Shown in pieces: positions 1-10,409 of a stretch of DNA of 57,074 nucleotides. The stretch's first letter is position 1; every line of letters starts with the position of its first letter. Origin of the DNA: a virus. The position numbers and the translations under genes were made by a program. The notes beneath the pieces were generated by a model. It did not search any database and had not been told where the DNA came from. It was given only the letters and a program-made list of their open reading frames with translations. The stretch lies in the UHGV virus genome UHGV-2195224, one strand, 5' to 3'.

Positions 1-426
1 GCCAGCGTATGTCCAGCGCCGTAGCTGATCACATGCGCCTTTGATATCGCCCTGGTTTATTTTGCGAAGAAGCGTCGATGTTCTGAAATTGCCAGCGCCC
101 ACGTTGTAAACGAACGAGTAAAGAGCGCCGCGCGTTGTTTCCGGTATATCGACTTTGATGTACGGGTTAATTTGTCTGGCGACAGTGGCAAGGTCTTTAT
201 TCAGGAGGGCTTTGCATTCTGCTTCGGTATACGTTTTACCGAGCATGATGTCTTTTCCGGTGTGTCCGTGACATACAGTCCATACGCCAACGATATCTTT
301 GTATGGTATGTAGCTGACACCTTCCAGGCCATCGTCACCACTCGGACCAGTGATGAGCACAGACGCTATGGCAACAGCCCCACCACCAATAGCAGCAGCA
401 ATAGCCTTGCGTAATGATGGCGACAT
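1..426 (-). CDS. rrrD: SAR endolysin (phage 21 R / DLP12 RrrD-like lysozyme), C-terminus cut by window edge
   Basis: Minus-strand translation from ATG at 424-426 reads [59 protein letters not shown]...; N-terminal signal-anchor-release segment plus lysozyme core; start overlaps holin stop. Confidence 0.85.
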   Translation of the reverse strand, partial: MSPSLRKAIAAAIGGGAVAIASVLITGPSGDDGLEGVSYIPYKDIVGVWTVCHGHTGKDIMLGKTYTEAECKALLNKDLATVARQINPYIKVDIPETTRGALYSFVYNVGAGNFRTSTLLRKINQGDIKGACDQLRRWTYAG

Positions 427-641
427 TATTCACCTCTCGCAGCCTTACGCTTATCTTCTTTAATCTTGAAATAAAGGTTTGTCAGATACGTCAGCAAGCC
501 AAATACCAGACTACCCAGCACACCTATTGCCGCCCACTGTGAGGGCGTGACTTTATCGAGCAACTGTAAAAACCAGTACCCGGCACTACCTGCTGAGGTA
601 CCATAGGCGACACCCGTTGTTAACTTATCCATGGATTTCAT
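426..641 (-). CDS. essD: pinholin (phage 21 S21 / DLP12 EssD-like), 71 aa
   Basis: [34 protein letters not shown]...[14 protein letters not shown]; two TM segments; immediately upstream of and overlapping the endolysin. Confidence 0.85.
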
Positions 642-774
642 AACCCCACCTCGCAGACAAAGCGGGTGTAAATTAAGGGGATACTACGTATCGCAATAAA
701 GGCAGAAACGTAACAGATTCGGAGTCAGTGAATAACTCAGGTATTGGGTTATCAGCTAATATCGAGACTCAAAA

Positions 775-800
775 AATGGAAAAACCCGCTCGACGGCGGG
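775..800 (-). terminator. tR-prime-like intrinsic terminator in the late-operon leader upstream of the holin
   Basis: Minus-strand GC hairpin cccgccgtcgagcggg followed by TTTTTCCATTTTTT; a 54-bp block containing it recurs at 43903-43956 upstream of the prophage 2 holin. Confidence 0.45.
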
Positions 801-1229
801 TTTAAGCTGTGTGACGAAGTAACCACTCTTAACAGCATAACCAATTTTTTACGTACGTAAACTACTAAATGATATTTGTGAGAATGCCACCGAGTGTTCA
901 AAACACCACCACAAATACATAAGAAAACTTCAACAAATAACCAATGAATAATTTCCGATGTTATTTTTAGTTTGTTTAAATTAAGCTAAAGAATTATAGA
1001 GCGCTTATAAATAAGTGCCATTAATATAAATTAGCTAATAGATTTATTTTCGTTCAAACAAGAGCCATGAATAGGATTAGATAGAAAAGGTTCAGATAAA
1101 AATAGAGATCTACTTCACAAATTAAATGAGAAACTAAAACTTACATCTTGAAATAATCACATTGATTAGATGAATATTTATCGCGCAGTGACATCATTTT
1201 TTAATAATAGTTCAAAAAAAGGGCGTACA

Positions 1230-2312
1230 ATGAAAAAATTAACAGTGGCAATTTCTGCTGTAGCTGCATCAGTACTGATGGCGATGTCTGCTCAGGCAGC
1301 TGAAATTTATAATAAAGACAGTAACAAGCTGGATCTATACGGGAAAGTTAATGCCAAGCACTACTTCTCCTCTAATGATGCAGATGATGGTGATACTACT
1401 TATGCCCGTCTTGGCTTCAAAGGTGAAACCCAAATCAACGATCAACTGACTGGTTTCGGTCAGTGGGAATATGAATTCAAAGGCAACCGTGCTGAATCTC
1501 AAGGTTCTTCCAAAGACAAAACCCGTCTTGCATTTGCAGGCCTGAAATTTGGTGATTACGGCTCAATCGATTACGGCCGTAACTACGGTGTAGCATACGA
1601 CATCGGTGCGTGGACTGACGTTCTGCCAGAATTCGGTGGTGATACCTGGACCCAAACAGATGTGTTCATGACTGGTCGCACTACTGGTGTTGCAACTTAT
1701 CGTAACAACGACTTCTTTGGTCTGGTCGATGGCCTGAACTTTGCTGCTCAGTATCAGGGTAAAAATGACCGCACTGACGTAACTGAAGCCAATGGTGATG
1801 GTTTCGGTTTCTCCACTACTTATGAGTATGAAGGATTCGGCGTGGGTGCAACCTATGCTAAATCAGATCGCACTGACGGTCAGGTCGCCTATGGTAAGAG
1901 CAAATTCAATGCCTCCGGCAAAAATGCGGAAGTATGGGCTGCAGGCCTGAAATATGATGCGAACAATATCTATCTGGCTACCACATATTCTGAAACTCAG
2001 AATATGACCGTTTTTGGTAATAACCATATTGCAAACAAAGCACAAAACTTTGAAGCAGTAGCACAATATCAGTTTGACTTCGGTCTGCGCCCATCTGTTG
2101 CTTACCTTCAGTCAAAAGGTAAAGACCTTGGTGTTCATGGTGACCGAGACTTAGTCAAGTATGTCGATGTCGGTGCTACTTACTACTTTAATAAAAACAT
2201 GTCCACTTTTGTTGATTACAAAATCAACTTAATTGACGATAGTAAGTTTACCAAAACAGCTGGTATTGATACCGACGACATCGTCGCTGTAGGTCTGGTT
2301 TATCAGTTCTAA
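1230..2312 (+). CDS. nmpC: outer-membrane porin (NmpC/OmpD family), intact
   Basis: ORF with signal peptide [23 protein letters not shown] then [16 protein letters not shown]... and C-terminal ...AVGLVYQF typical of general porins; antisense between Q and the lysis genes as in DLP12. Confidence 0.85.
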   Translation: MKKLTVAISAVAASVLMAMSAQAAEIYNKDSNKLDLYGKVNAKHYFSSNDADDGDTTYARLGFKGETQINDQLTGFGQWEYEFKGNRAESQGSSKDKTRLAFAGLKFGDYGSIDYGRNYGVAYDIGAWTDVLPEFGGDTWTQTDVFMTGRTTGVATYRNNDFFGLVDGLNFAAQYQGKNDRTDVTEANGDGFGFSTTYEYEGFGVGATYAKSDRTDGQVAYGKSKFNASGKNAEVWAAGLKYDANNIYLATTYSETQNMTVFGNNHIANKAQNFEAVAQYQFDFGLRPSVAYLQSKGKDLGVHGDRDLVKYVDVGATYYFNKNMSTFVDYKINLIDDSKFTKTAGIDTDDIVAVGLVYQF

Positions 2313-2329
2313 TCTGACTTACGAAAAAG

Positions 2330-2364
2330 ATATGTTGCGGGAGGCTTTGCCTCCGCAACATATA
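2330..2364 (-). terminator. intrinsic terminator hairpin (T-tract on minus strand), just past the porin stop
   Basis: 15-bp stem atatgttgcgggaggc/gcctccgcaacatat with tttg loop; minus-strand T-run CTTTTTCGT follows. Confidence 0.45.
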
Positions 2365-2450
2365 AGTGGAGCCCTCAAGCCACTTCCTTTAGAAGCACTA
2401 CCTTGCTTCTTACTATATAAACCTTCTGTTATATATTACCCTTTATTTTG

Positions 2451-2476
2451 GGGGCGTTTCCACGCCCCATTTTTAA
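2451..2476 (+). terminator. intrinsic terminator downstream of the porin gene
   Basis: hairpin ggggcgtttccacgcccc followed by ATTTTTAA. Confidence 0.5.
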
Positions 2477-2500
2477 TAACTTTTAGTAAACAATTGCATA

Positions 2501-2884
2501 TCAATTAGAATTATTAGCAACGATATCCATATCTAACCGGATATCTAATGCCATTAACATCCCTTCAATTATGCCCTCAGCCTTCTGTAACCTTTTCCCG
2601 ATATAACCATCCGAGCAGCAATGCTTACTTGCCAGTGACATGAATGTCATACCACATACATAATAATCTACTAATAAATCGTGTAAATCGCTGTTGTTCT
2701 TTTTCAGACGGGCCATGCACCCGCAAATGATCATCGCGTCATCGTCACAACATTGCGGGCGAGATTTTACTTTTGAAGGAATTAATCCCTTAAAACCGGC
2801 AGCAATGGACGACCAGGTCACATCTTCATGATTATTAGCTGCCCACGCCCCCCAACGCTCAAGAACCATCTGAACATCACGCAT
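2501..2884 (-). CDS. quuD: late-gene antiterminator Q
   Basis: ORF ...[35 protein letters not shown]...[18 protein letters not shown]...; Q family; paralogous to 45643-46005; track ORF begins at an upstream TTG. Confidence 0.75.
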   Translation of the reverse strand: MRDVQMVLERWGAWAANNHEDVTWSSIAAGFKGLIPSKVKSRPQCCDDDAMIICGCMARLKKNNSDLHDLLVDYYVCGMTFMSLASKHCCSDGYIGKRLQKAEGIIEGMLMALDIRLDMDIVANNSN

Positions 2885-3106
2885 CAACTTACTCCACAAA
2901 AATTAGGCCAGAACGCCAATTACAAGCAAAAATCAACAAAACAGTATTAGTCGATTGTTATCTCTGACTTCATACACATGCTCCTTTCAGTGTTTTGGCG
3001 TAATTCTTCAGTATCCGGTAATCGGCCAAAACAGAACCAGGAAAACGATATAAGCGCAGGCGCATCCAGCGGTGGCGAAGACGTTCTGCCATATAAAACT
3101 CAAATA

Positions 3107-3469
3107 TCATTCATTCCCCATTTCGGTGATGGTCAGCTCCAGCTTCCCACCTTTGGTAACGGGCATCTTCACAACGCGGTAATCAACGACCTGAGCATCA
3201 TCCAGCCAGAAACCTGCTTTGGTGAGTGCGTCAAAAGCGGCCTTTTGCAGATTATCAAGGTCACGGCGACGGCGATCCGGCATGTGGCACTCAATGCTGA
3301 TTTTCACAGGAATAGCCAGGCCGATATCCAGCATTGCGTTTTTAATGATTCGGGCGACATTATCGCGGTATGCTTGCCCCTCTGCGCTGACGTGCGTGCG
3401 CCCACGATTATGGCGGTAATAGCGATTATTGCTCGGCGGCCAGGGTAGTGTGATATGGTAAGTATTCAC
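3107..3469 (-). CDS. rusA: Holliday-junction resolvase RusA
   Basis: 120-aa [46 protein letters not shown]...[25 protein letters not shown]. Confidence 0.9.
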   Translation of the reverse strand: MNTYHITLPWPPSNNRYYRHNRGRTHVSAEGQAYRDNVARIIKNAMLDIGLAIPVKISIECHMPDRRRRDLDNLQKAAFDALTKAGFWLDDAQVVDYRVVKMPVTKGGKLELTITEMGNE

Positions 3470-3756
3470 GCCTTAATTACCCCCTCTTTCAGCCAGATAA
3501 CCTGCGTTCTCGCCATACCTTCCAGCGCGCATTCTTTTGCATATCCAGCGTCAACAAAATGCGTGCGACGGTCGATCTCGTCGTGACAGTCAGAACATGC
3601 AATGGTGGCAATAAGGTCTGGCGGTTTAATACCGGTGCCGCACAATCCAGCCAGCCGGATATGTGCCAGTACTGACGTTTCAGGATTGCCATTACATACG
3701 CCAGGGATTCTTACCTGGCATTCCCGACCACGTGCTGCTTTTCTCAAATCAGCCAT
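3466..3756 (-). CDS. ybcO: DLP12 YbcO-like protein (DUF1364, Cys/His-rich putative nuclease)
   Basis: From internal ATG: [37 protein letters not shown]...; 96 aa; overlaps rusA start. Confidence 0.8.
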   Translation of the reverse strand: MADLRKAARGRECQVRIPGVCNGNPETSVLAHIRLAGLCGTGIKPPDLIATIACSDCHDEIDRRTHFVDAGYAKECALEGMARTQVIWLKEGVIKA

Positions 3757-3919
3757 GATTCCTCCTTGCTGCCAGTCGCAACCATTTTTTATCAACCAGG
3801 CTGGCGGTATATCCGAGCAGTGTTGGTATTTCGGATGGTTTCAGCTCAGGCTTACGCTTACGACGATTTGGTACTCTGTAGATGTGTCCGTTCATGACAC
3901 GAATAAGCGGTGTAGCCAT
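3749..3919 (-). CDS. ninE: NinE protein (56 aa)
   Basis: Not in ORF track (below 60 aa); minus-strand ATG at 3917-3919 gives [56 protein letters not shown]; stop overlaps ybcO start. Confidence 0.75.
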   Translation of the reverse strand: MATPLIRVMNGHIYRVPNRRKRKPELKPSEIPTLLGYTASLVDKKWLRLAARRNHG

Positions 3920-4374
3920 TACGCCTCCGGCTTGTCGCGCAGCAGCTGGAACTCGCAGCTCTGCGGAATAGTCAGGTGGCAGCCAATATTCACCGCCCAG
4001 GCTTCAACCTTACACAGGAAGACATACATCTCTCCGGTATCGAGATCGGAGGTATGGCGTAACGACTGGATAGTAGTGATTTCGCCGGTTACGACATCAA
4101 CCAGGTCCTTGGTTTCATAACCGAGGTATGTGTGTTTGAGAGCATCTTTTACCCATGCTGCGGTAGCGAACGATTTCCCCCTGCTGATGAGGTATTCACT
4201 GATTTCGCTGTACCACATGTGGCTGAGTGCATTCTGGGAAAGACTGCGTTTCTCACGCCACGGTTTAAGCACCATGCGAAAGCATTTTCCGTTCTCCAGA
4301 TAAGGCTGGATCTGCTGGCCGATAGCGATGAAGTTACCGCGATGCAGTTTGATGCCATCTTGTGGTAGGTTCAC
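3919..4374 (-). CDS. ybcN: DLP12 YbcN-like protein (151 aa)
   Basis: [65 protein letters not shown]...; first gene of the nin-region block. Confidence 0.8.
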   Translation of the reverse strand: MNLPQDGIKLHRGNFIAIGQQIQPYLENGKCFRMVLKPWREKRSLSQNALSHMWYSEISEYLISRGKSFATAAWVKDALKHTYLGYETKDLVDVVTGEITTIQSLRHTSDLDTGEMYVFLCKVEAWAVNIGCHLTIPQSCEFQLLRDKPEA

Positions 4375-4692
4375 GCTTCACCTCCACAGAGGTCAGACGC
4401 TGGATGCAAAAAAACGCAGGTGCATTTCTGCATCTGTGAAGGGAGAAGAGAGTTTGGATTGTGTGTGCGCATAAACGTCCCCGTTTAGCGCAGAAGTCAC
4501 CGGAGTTGTTCAGGCTCCGGTGATACAATTATGGCGAATTGATTATTCATAATCAAACAAGATAAGGTCTCAAACTTCATGCAAGCCAAGATTTATTTCT
4601 GACAGAATTATACAAAGAAGCTATTGGTCAGAATCTACTCGGACTGTAAAACATACGCATAACCTTAAGCTCTCACTTTAAGCATTGTTGAA

Positions 4693-4764
4693 ATAATAGC
4701 CGTCAAGTACAACCTTAACCACGACTGGGATATTTCCCTGGCTACCACGAGTTGTACGGCTATT
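4693..4764. repeat. imperfect inverted repeat (about 17-bp arms, about 40-nt spacer) upstream of the esterase gene
   Basis: aatagccgtcaagtacaacc ... gagttgtacggctatt. Confidence 0.35.
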
Positions 4765-4821
4765 AAACTGCCGTTAAATTCAGTAAGAGAATTTCATCCG
4801 ATAAGTCAAGGCATGTAAAAC

Positions 4822-5865
4822 ATGAAAATTAACAAGATATTATCATCTGCAACACTATTGTATGGTATGTCAATGGCCATGTCGGTCGGGAGTTGTGCAA
4901 CACCTGTCCAGACTAATCTTCCTGGTTACACCCCGGGTGCAGATATCATTAGTGTTTCACCGACCAGAAACCAGGTCGATCTCATTGGTGATGTTGTTTA
5001 TTCCCAGATAAAAGGAACTCGTTCTGTCAGACAGCTTCACATGTCAGTTCTTGTCCCGCGAACAAATGATTTAAAACCAGCCATTATTTATTATCCCGGC
5101 GGCGGATTCATGTCTTCTGAACATGACAAATTTATTGAAATGAGAATGGCTCTGGCAGAAGCTGGTTTTGTTGTGGCCGCTGTAGAATACAGAACAATTC
5201 CTGATACATTTCCAGCACCAGTTGAGGATGGAAAAGCTGCAATACGTTACCTGAGAGAGCATGCCAGCAATTATGGGATTGATCCTCAAAGAATCGGAGT
5301 TCTGGGTGACTCTGCCGGTGGATGGCTTGCTCAGATGATGGGAACTACAAATGGTGACAAAACCTTTGATAAAGGTGACTTTCTTCAGCAATCCTCAGAT
5401 GTTCAGGCAGTTGCCACACTTTATGGGATTTCTGACTTGTTGAATATTGGCGAGGGGTTCCCTGAATCAGTGCAGGAGGTTCATCGCTCTCCTGCCGTAA
5501 CCGAAGCCTTAATGATCAATGGCCCTGCATTCAGAAATTTTGCGGGAGCCCCCATCACAGCGTCAAAAGAAAAAGCGCTAAACGCCAGTCCAATCGGACA
5601 TATGAAAGGAGTAAAACCCCCATTTCTTATTATGCATGGTAGCAAAGACACTCTGGTTTCACCTGAGCAAAGCGCCAAACTATTCAGGATGTTGAAGAAG
5701 AACGGCGATAACGCTGAGTACGTTCTGGTAGAAGGGGCTGAGCATGGTGATAATACATGGTATCAGCCAATTATTATAAACAGAGTTGTTGAGTGGTTTA
5801 CTAAAAACCTGGGAACCCCCATAAAAACCGCTACCCAACAACAAAAAACAAACGCTGACCTGTAA
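4822..5865 (+). CDS. alpha/beta-hydrolase esterase/lipase, probable lipoprotein (HSL/family IV-like)
   Basis: 347-aa ORF; signal peptide ending in lipobox-like VGSC; HGGG-type motif YYPGGGF; nucleophile elbow GDSAGG; C-terminal EGAEHGD; antisense cargo between ybcN and ybcK. Confidence 0.75.
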   Translation: MKINKILSSATLLYGMSMAMSVGSCATPVQTNLPGYTPGADIISVSPTRNQVDLIGDVVYSQIKGTRSVRQLHMSVLVPRTNDLKPAIIYYPGGGFMSSEHDKFIEMRMALAEAGFVVAAVEYRTIPDTFPAPVEDGKAAIRYLREHASNYGIDPQRIGVLGDSAGGWLAQMMGTTNGDKTFDKGDFLQQSSDVQAVATLYGISDLLNIGEGFPESVQEVHRSPAVTEALMINGPAFRNFAGAPITASKEKALNASPIGHMKGVKPPFLIMHGSKDTLVSPEQSAKLFRMLKKNGDNAEYVLVEGAEHGDNTWYQPIIINRVVEWFTKNLGTPIKTATQQQKTNADL

Positions 5866-5870
5866 AAAGC

Positions 5871-5895
5871 AGCCCGCACTTATGCGGGCTAACCT
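5871..5895 (+). terminator. possible intrinsic terminator after the esterase gene
   Basis: hairpin agcccgcacttatgcgggct then weak T-tract. Confidence 0.35.
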
Positions 5896-6214
5896 ATTTC
5901 ACTCGATTCAAAAGAAATTATTTTTAATGGGGGCGTGACCAGCCTCTCGGTGCTCAGATACTTAATGAAGTGGAGTGGCATTCTGGCAGGAGGTTAACAT
6001 CACCTGTTCGCCATAACTAAGCACGTGCACAAAGTTTGTTATCAGTGAATTGTTTTGTGATTGGGTATTGTTGAGCTACTAGAGCGAGAATGCCAACATC
6101 CAGTGGCAGTGCCTATAGTAAAACTATAGCTCAGGGCGCTTCGTTCAAGATAGTTAATATCATAGTAGTTACTTTACTTTCATACCATAGCACGGTTGAA
6201 AAAGTGATTATTAC

Positions 6215-7741
6215 TCAAAAATAAATCTCACCATCAACCATATATTTAAGAGTGCTTATCGCCTGCTGGGCGGATATTACTTTCATTAAAGGATAGTGTT
6301 TAAAAACAATGCCATTCATAAAATAGATATCACAGGTTTTATTATCTGTATTAATTATAATTTTTTCGAATATTTTATAGGCAAGTGTACGACATAGCTC
6401 TCGCCCATTTTTACTAGTTAAATCAATAGCATGAAAATCACCAAGTGAACTCACCCCTTTACTCTTCAAAGTTTTTAATGATACCGAAGCCCTTCGTAAT
6501 TCCTTATCTAATAGTCTTATTTTCTCTGCTATAGCGGTAACTTCAGGCGCGACAGACAATGCAACGATTAAATTATTAATTTTCATCTGAAGCTCAATAA
6601 TTTTTAACTCTAAAGTTTCATTAGCATCTTTCTTGTTTTCAACTGGTTGAATTTTGCTACAATTAAAAAGCAATTCATTAATGATATTATAATCAACCAA
6701 ATCTCTTTTTATTGATGGCCTGTCACATCGATGTAATCTTCTCATCGGACAAACATAATAGCCATGCAAACGTCCAGATACCGCATGAACAATCATGGTA
6801 TTACCACAAGCCTCACACTTCATAACTGTTCGAAGTAGATTTATTAGCATAGGATTCTTGCTACTATTGCTAATACCAAAAGGTGCCAACCGAATTTCCT
6901 GTACAGCGTAAAACAAATCATCTGATATGACTCTGGGATAATAGCCAGCGATTTCACTTATCCCTTTCCCTCTTGCACGATATGAAGGTACGCATATACC
7001 TATCAGAGCTTTATTCGCTAATAATTTTTCAATTACAGAAGGCCCCCATGCACTTTCTTTTCCTGAAAAATTTTTTACAGCATGATCATTTAAATACTTA
7101 GCTATTGCATTCAATGATCGCCTTTCCATCCTGAGTTTAAAAATTAGCTCAATCGTTTTCACCCTGTCGGGGTCTGGAATAAAAGCTGTTCTTTTGTCAT
7201 CCAATGAGAGCCATCTCGGACAAGACGCCGTCATAATCGTGCCTGATTCCAGTGCATCCTGCCGTTTTTTCTTCCATGATAATTTAACCCGACTTGACTT
7301 TATCTCGCTTTCTTCATTTGCCCTTTGTGCTATAAGTATGGCTTTTATTAATGAATATGGCTCATTCAATGAGTCTATATTATAGACTGTATTATCGCAA
7401 AGAGTTATAACATCAATACCGTGATTCAAAATCAATTTCAGACGCTCAATCGCTTCACCGACTTTTTCTCTTGAAAGTCTGTCCAGACTTTCAACTAACA
7501 ATGTAGTCCCTGGCAATATGTAACCATGTTCTATAGCATCTAAAAATTCCGAAAAAGCTCCTGATTGTGCATGCTTTCCATTGAATGCGCTTAACCCCAA
7601 ATCTTCATACGTTACGGTATCAAGGTAATAATCACTATTTACCTTTAGCCATTCAGTAATAAGCCTTCTCTGGCGGTTTAATGAATCACCAGACATCTGA
7701 CCTGGTGATGAAAATCGCATATATGCTATGGCTTTTTTCAT
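6215..7741 (-). CDS. ybcK: large serine recombinase (DLP12 YbcK-like)
   Basis: 508-aa ORF MKKAIAYMRFSSPGQMSGDSLNRQRRLITEW...; N-terminal resolvase-type catalytic domain (RFSS serine), Cys-rich recombinase domain and C-terminal coiled coil. Confidence 0.85.
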   Translation of the reverse strand: MKKAIAYMRFSSPGQMSGDSLNRQRRLITEWLKVNSDYYLDTVTYEDLGLSAFNGKHAQSGAFSEFLDAIEHGYILPGTTLLVESLDRLSREKVGEAIERLKLILNHGIDVITLCDNTVYNIDSLNEPYSLIKAILIAQRANEESEIKSSRVKLSWKKKRQDALESGTIMTASCPRWLSLDDKRTAFIPDPDRVKTIELIFKLRMERRSLNAIAKYLNDHAVKNFSGKESAWGPSVIEKLLANKALIGICVPSYRARGKGISEIAGYYPRVISDDLFYAVQEIRLAPFGISNSSKNPMLINLLRTVMKCEACGNTMIVHAVSGRLHGYYVCPMRRLHRCDRPSIKRDLVDYNIINELLFNCSKIQPVENKKDANETLELKIIELQMKINNLIVALSVAPEVTAIAEKIRLLDKELRRASVSLKTLKSKGVSSLGDFHAIDLTSKNGRELCRTLAYKIFEKIIINTDNKTCDIYFMNGIVFKHYPLMKVISAQQAISTLKYMVDGEIYF

Positions 7742-7996
7742 GGTGACACCTGCTAAAGTATGCTTTTATAAACCTTAGTGGTGAGATATGATTTTTGTTT
7801 AATTTTTATTTAAAAAGACAATTAAGGTCACATTATCTTGAATATACAACAATAATCGTATTGCAATTTTCTTACACCATAATCTTGAAAGTTCAAAAGA
7901 ATGAATAAAAACTAAAGACATTAACAAAAAGCATAAAACGAGGCCCATACAAATATACGAACCTCCATATTTTAGTCGTTTAAAAATAAATTATTT

Positions 7997-8329
7997 TTAA
8001 TGTGGTGTGCTTCGTGACAATAAATTAATAACCAACACACCGGCACAAATCAACATCATGCCTATAATGGCTGGCAGGTCCAACCGTTGGCCGAAAAATC
8101 CCCATGATAGTATGCTAATCAGGACAATACCGACTCCTGACCAGATAGCATAAGCAATCCCTGTAGGTATATAAGCCAGCGTCTGAGCTAATAACCAGAA
8201 TGATGCACAATAACAAATAATTGTACCAACAGATGGCCATAACCGTGTAAAACCTTCTGAAAACTTCATTAAGGTTGTACCAATGACCTCTGCAAGTATT
8301 GCACCACCAAGATAAATATAAGGGTTCAT
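7997..8329 (-). CDS. emrE: SMR-family multidrug efflux transporter EmrE
   Basis: From internal ATG: MNPYIYLGGAILAEVIGTTLMKFSEGFTRLWPSVGTIICYCASFWLLAQTLAYIPTGIAYAIWSGVGIVLISILSWGFFGQRLDLPAIIGMMLICAGVLVINLLSRSTPH, 110 aa, four TM helices. Confidence 0.9.
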   Translation of the reverse strand: MNPYIYLGGAILAEVIGTTLMKFSEGFTRLWPSVGTIICYCASFWLLAQTLAYIPTGIAYAIWSGVGIVLISILSWGFFGQRLDLPAIIGMMLICAGVLVINLLSRSTPH

Positions 8330-8396
8330 AGCATATTCTTTCCTGTTCAAACTGGAGAGAATTGTACTACAGTTTGAACTCAACTCACCTGTTTCA

Positions 8397-8699
8397 TCAT
8401 TGTGTACCCATTGATGTTCTTTTATATACCCTCAATACCCGTTTCATCGCGGCACTCTGGCGACACTCCTTAAAAATCAAATTCGCGCTCACCTTTCCTT
8501 CCCGTTCTTCTCTGGTAGCGAACCGATAATACACCGTTCGCCAGACCTTACCATCAACGACCAGGATTCCTGCCCGCGCCATTTTAGCCGCAGCCTGATT
8601 TATGCTGGTTACGGTTGCGCCTGTTACCGCGGCAACGTCCTGCGCACAGAAGTTCTTATGAGTCCCCAGGTAATGAATAATTGCCTCTTTGCCCGTCAT
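8397..8699 (-). CDS. ren: Ren protein (lambda ren-like)
   Basis: ORF MTGKEAIIHYLGTHKNFCAQDVAAVTGATVTSINQAAAKMARAGILVVDGKVWRTVYYRFATREEREGK... Confidence 0.85.
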   Translation of the reverse strand: MTGKEAIIHYLGTHKNFCAQDVAAVTGATVTSINQAAAKMARAGILVVDGKVWRTVYYRFATREEREGKVSANLIFKECRQSAAMKRVLRVYKRTSMGTQ

Positions 8700-9397
8700 A
8701 CTCTTGCTCCTTTCAGCCCAAACTTAGCTTTGATTTCTGCGATCTTCGCCAGAGCCTGTGCACGATTTAGAGGTCTACCGCCCATGACAGGAATTTGTTT
8801 TACTGGTTCAGGTATAGCCTCACCACGGTTAATTCGCGCTGTCATACAGGTCAGTTCATCGGCAGCCTTGCGCCGTAATTCCGCGTCAGTCAGCGCATTG
8901 GCTCGCATGTTCTGATACAGGTTGGTAACCAACCAGTAATGCGCGTTTGATTTCCATGGATAAGACTCTGCATCCGGATAAAGGCCACGCTTCCGGCAAT
9001 ACTCGTAAACCATATCAACCAGCTCGCTGGCGTTTGGCAGCCCGGCGGTAACGGATGCTTCTTCCCGACACCAGGCAACAAACTGCCCGGGTGATGGCAG
9101 GAATGGTCGATTCTGCCGACGGGCTACGCGCATTCCTGCGTTAACCTGTTCCATTGTGGTGATCCCGTTTTCCCGGAAAGCCAGAACCCACTGGCGGCGG
9201 ATTTCGTTCAGTTCGTTCTGGTCCCGGTTAGCCAGACTCGCCGGGAAAGTTGCCAGTAACTGGCTGAACACACCGTTGATGATCTGCGCTACCTGCTGTA
9301 CCTGCGGCTTTTCGTCGTACTGTTCCGGCATGTTATTGGCGATCCGGCACATCTGCTCACGGTCAAAGTTAACCATCTGTGCGGCGATGTTTTTCAT
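8696..9397 (-). CDS. P: replication protein P (DnaB helicase loader, lambda P-like)
   Basis: 233-aa ORF MKNIAAQMVNFDREQMCRIANNMPEQYDEKPQVQQVAQIINGVFSQLLATFPASLANRDQNEL...; near-colinear with lambda P. Confidence 0.9.
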   Translation of the reverse strand: MKNIAAQMVNFDREQMCRIANNMPEQYDEKPQVQQVAQIINGVFSQLLATFPASLANRDQNELNEIRRQWVLAFRENGITTMEQVNAGMRVARRQNRPFLPSPGQFVAWCREEASVTAGLPNASELVDMVYEYCRKRGLYPDAESYPWKSNAHYWLVTNLYQNMRANALTDAELRRKAADELTCMTARINRGEAIPEPVKQIPVMGGRPLNRAQALAKIAEIKAKFGLKGARV

Positions 9398-10323
9398 AAA
9401 TCCACCCCATAAATCCAGTCAGTGTTTGTCAGGTCGAGTTTTGATTTTCCGGCTGTCACGCCAGCCTGTTGCTTGTTACGGTTGATTTCGAGTTGGGTCC
9501 ACTTGTCGCGGAGTTTGGCCGGACTTAGCACGTTACCGGACCAGAAGTTGTCCTGGCATGCCCAGCGGAACAGTACACACATGTCGCGGTGGTTACGTCC
9601 GTCACGTTCACGCATCAGGCGGATATCGTTAGCCCACCCTGCAAAATTCGGTTTTCTGGCTGATGGCGCGATGGTCTTCACCATGTCAAACATCCACTCT
9701 GCGGCGGTCAGGTCTTCTGCTGTCCCCCACTTGCTGCCGCTCTGAATTGCAGCATCCGGTTTCACCACAGGAAGATCGTTTTCTGGCTGGTCAGAGGATT
9801 CGCCAGAATTCTCGGACGAAAAAGGTTTTATATTGTCTTTTGTTAGTTTGTCTTTTGTGTTTACCTGATTCGGGTAAACGTCTTTACCTGATTTGGGTAA
9901 ACTTTTCTTACCTGATTCAGGTAAATTTACCTCTTTCAGGTAAACTTTATTTTTCTTACCTGATTCGGGTAATGTTGACCATTCACTGACCACATTATTA
10001 ATGCCGATATTCCGCCCGCTCTGAATAAAAATCCCACGCTTTATCAGAACACTTTTTGCAGCAGAACACTTGTGCGGCAATATCCCGGTCAACTCGGAAA
10101 GTTGCTCGTTGCTCACCCAATCCAGTTTTTTATTAAAGCCATATGTTTTGCGCATGACAGCCAGGAAGACCAGAAGCTGGTGCTGTGTTAATCCGGCCAG
10201 CATCACAGCTTCCAGCAACTCATTTGCAATGCGCGTATAACCATCATCGAGATCTGCCACGCGCGGCTCCTTTTGTGCCACATCCGGCACTGGAAAATTG
10301 AATATCTCAGCAGTGTTTGCCAT
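9394..10323 (-). CDS. O: replication initiator O (lambda O-like); start taken at MANTAEIFNF
   Basis: N-terminus aligns with lambda O (MTNTAKILNF...VADLDDGY...); contains the iteron array; stop overlaps P start; ORF track extends to 10413. Confidence 0.8.
   Translation of the reverse strand: MANTAEIFNFPVPDVAQKEPRVADLDDGYTRIANELLEAVMLAGLTQHQLLVFLAVMRKTYGFNKKLDWVSNEQLSELTGILPHKCSAAKSVLIKRGIFIQSGRNIGINNVVSEWSTLPESGKKNKVYLKEVNLPESGKKSLPKSGKDVYPNQVNTKDKLTKDNIKPFSSENSGESSDQPENDLPVVKPDAAIQSGSKWGTAEDLTAAEWMFDMVKTIAPSARKPNFAGWANDIRLMRERDGRNHRDMCVLFRWACQDNFWSGNVLSPAKLRDKWTQLEINRNKQQAGVTAGKSKLDLTNTDWIYGVDL
9860..9975. repeat. replication origin iterons (lambda ori-like) inside O
   Basis: Five tandem copies of an approximately 18-bp unit tacctgattcgggtaaa (variants ...tttgggtaaa, ...ttcaggtaaa, tacctctttcaggtaaa), each an internal inverted repeat. 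Confidence 0.7.
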
Positions 10324-10409
10324 AATTCCTCCCGCAATGAGTGTGTTACGATTTGCACCTGAAAGTCGGTTCTGTTCGCGCAGACCGGCTTTCGCCATTT
10401 CCGAACCTG

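Noticed and set aside
172-414. 80-aa plus-strand ORF
   Set aside because: Lies entirely antisense within the endolysin gene, whose minus-strand translation is a clear SAR lysozyme; shadow ORF
9860-9975. Short tandem repeats that could be mistaken for a CRISPR array
   Set aside because: Units are contiguous without spacers, lie inside the O reading frame and have iteron-type internal dyad symmetry; same reasoning for 50255-50362 and 18221-18258
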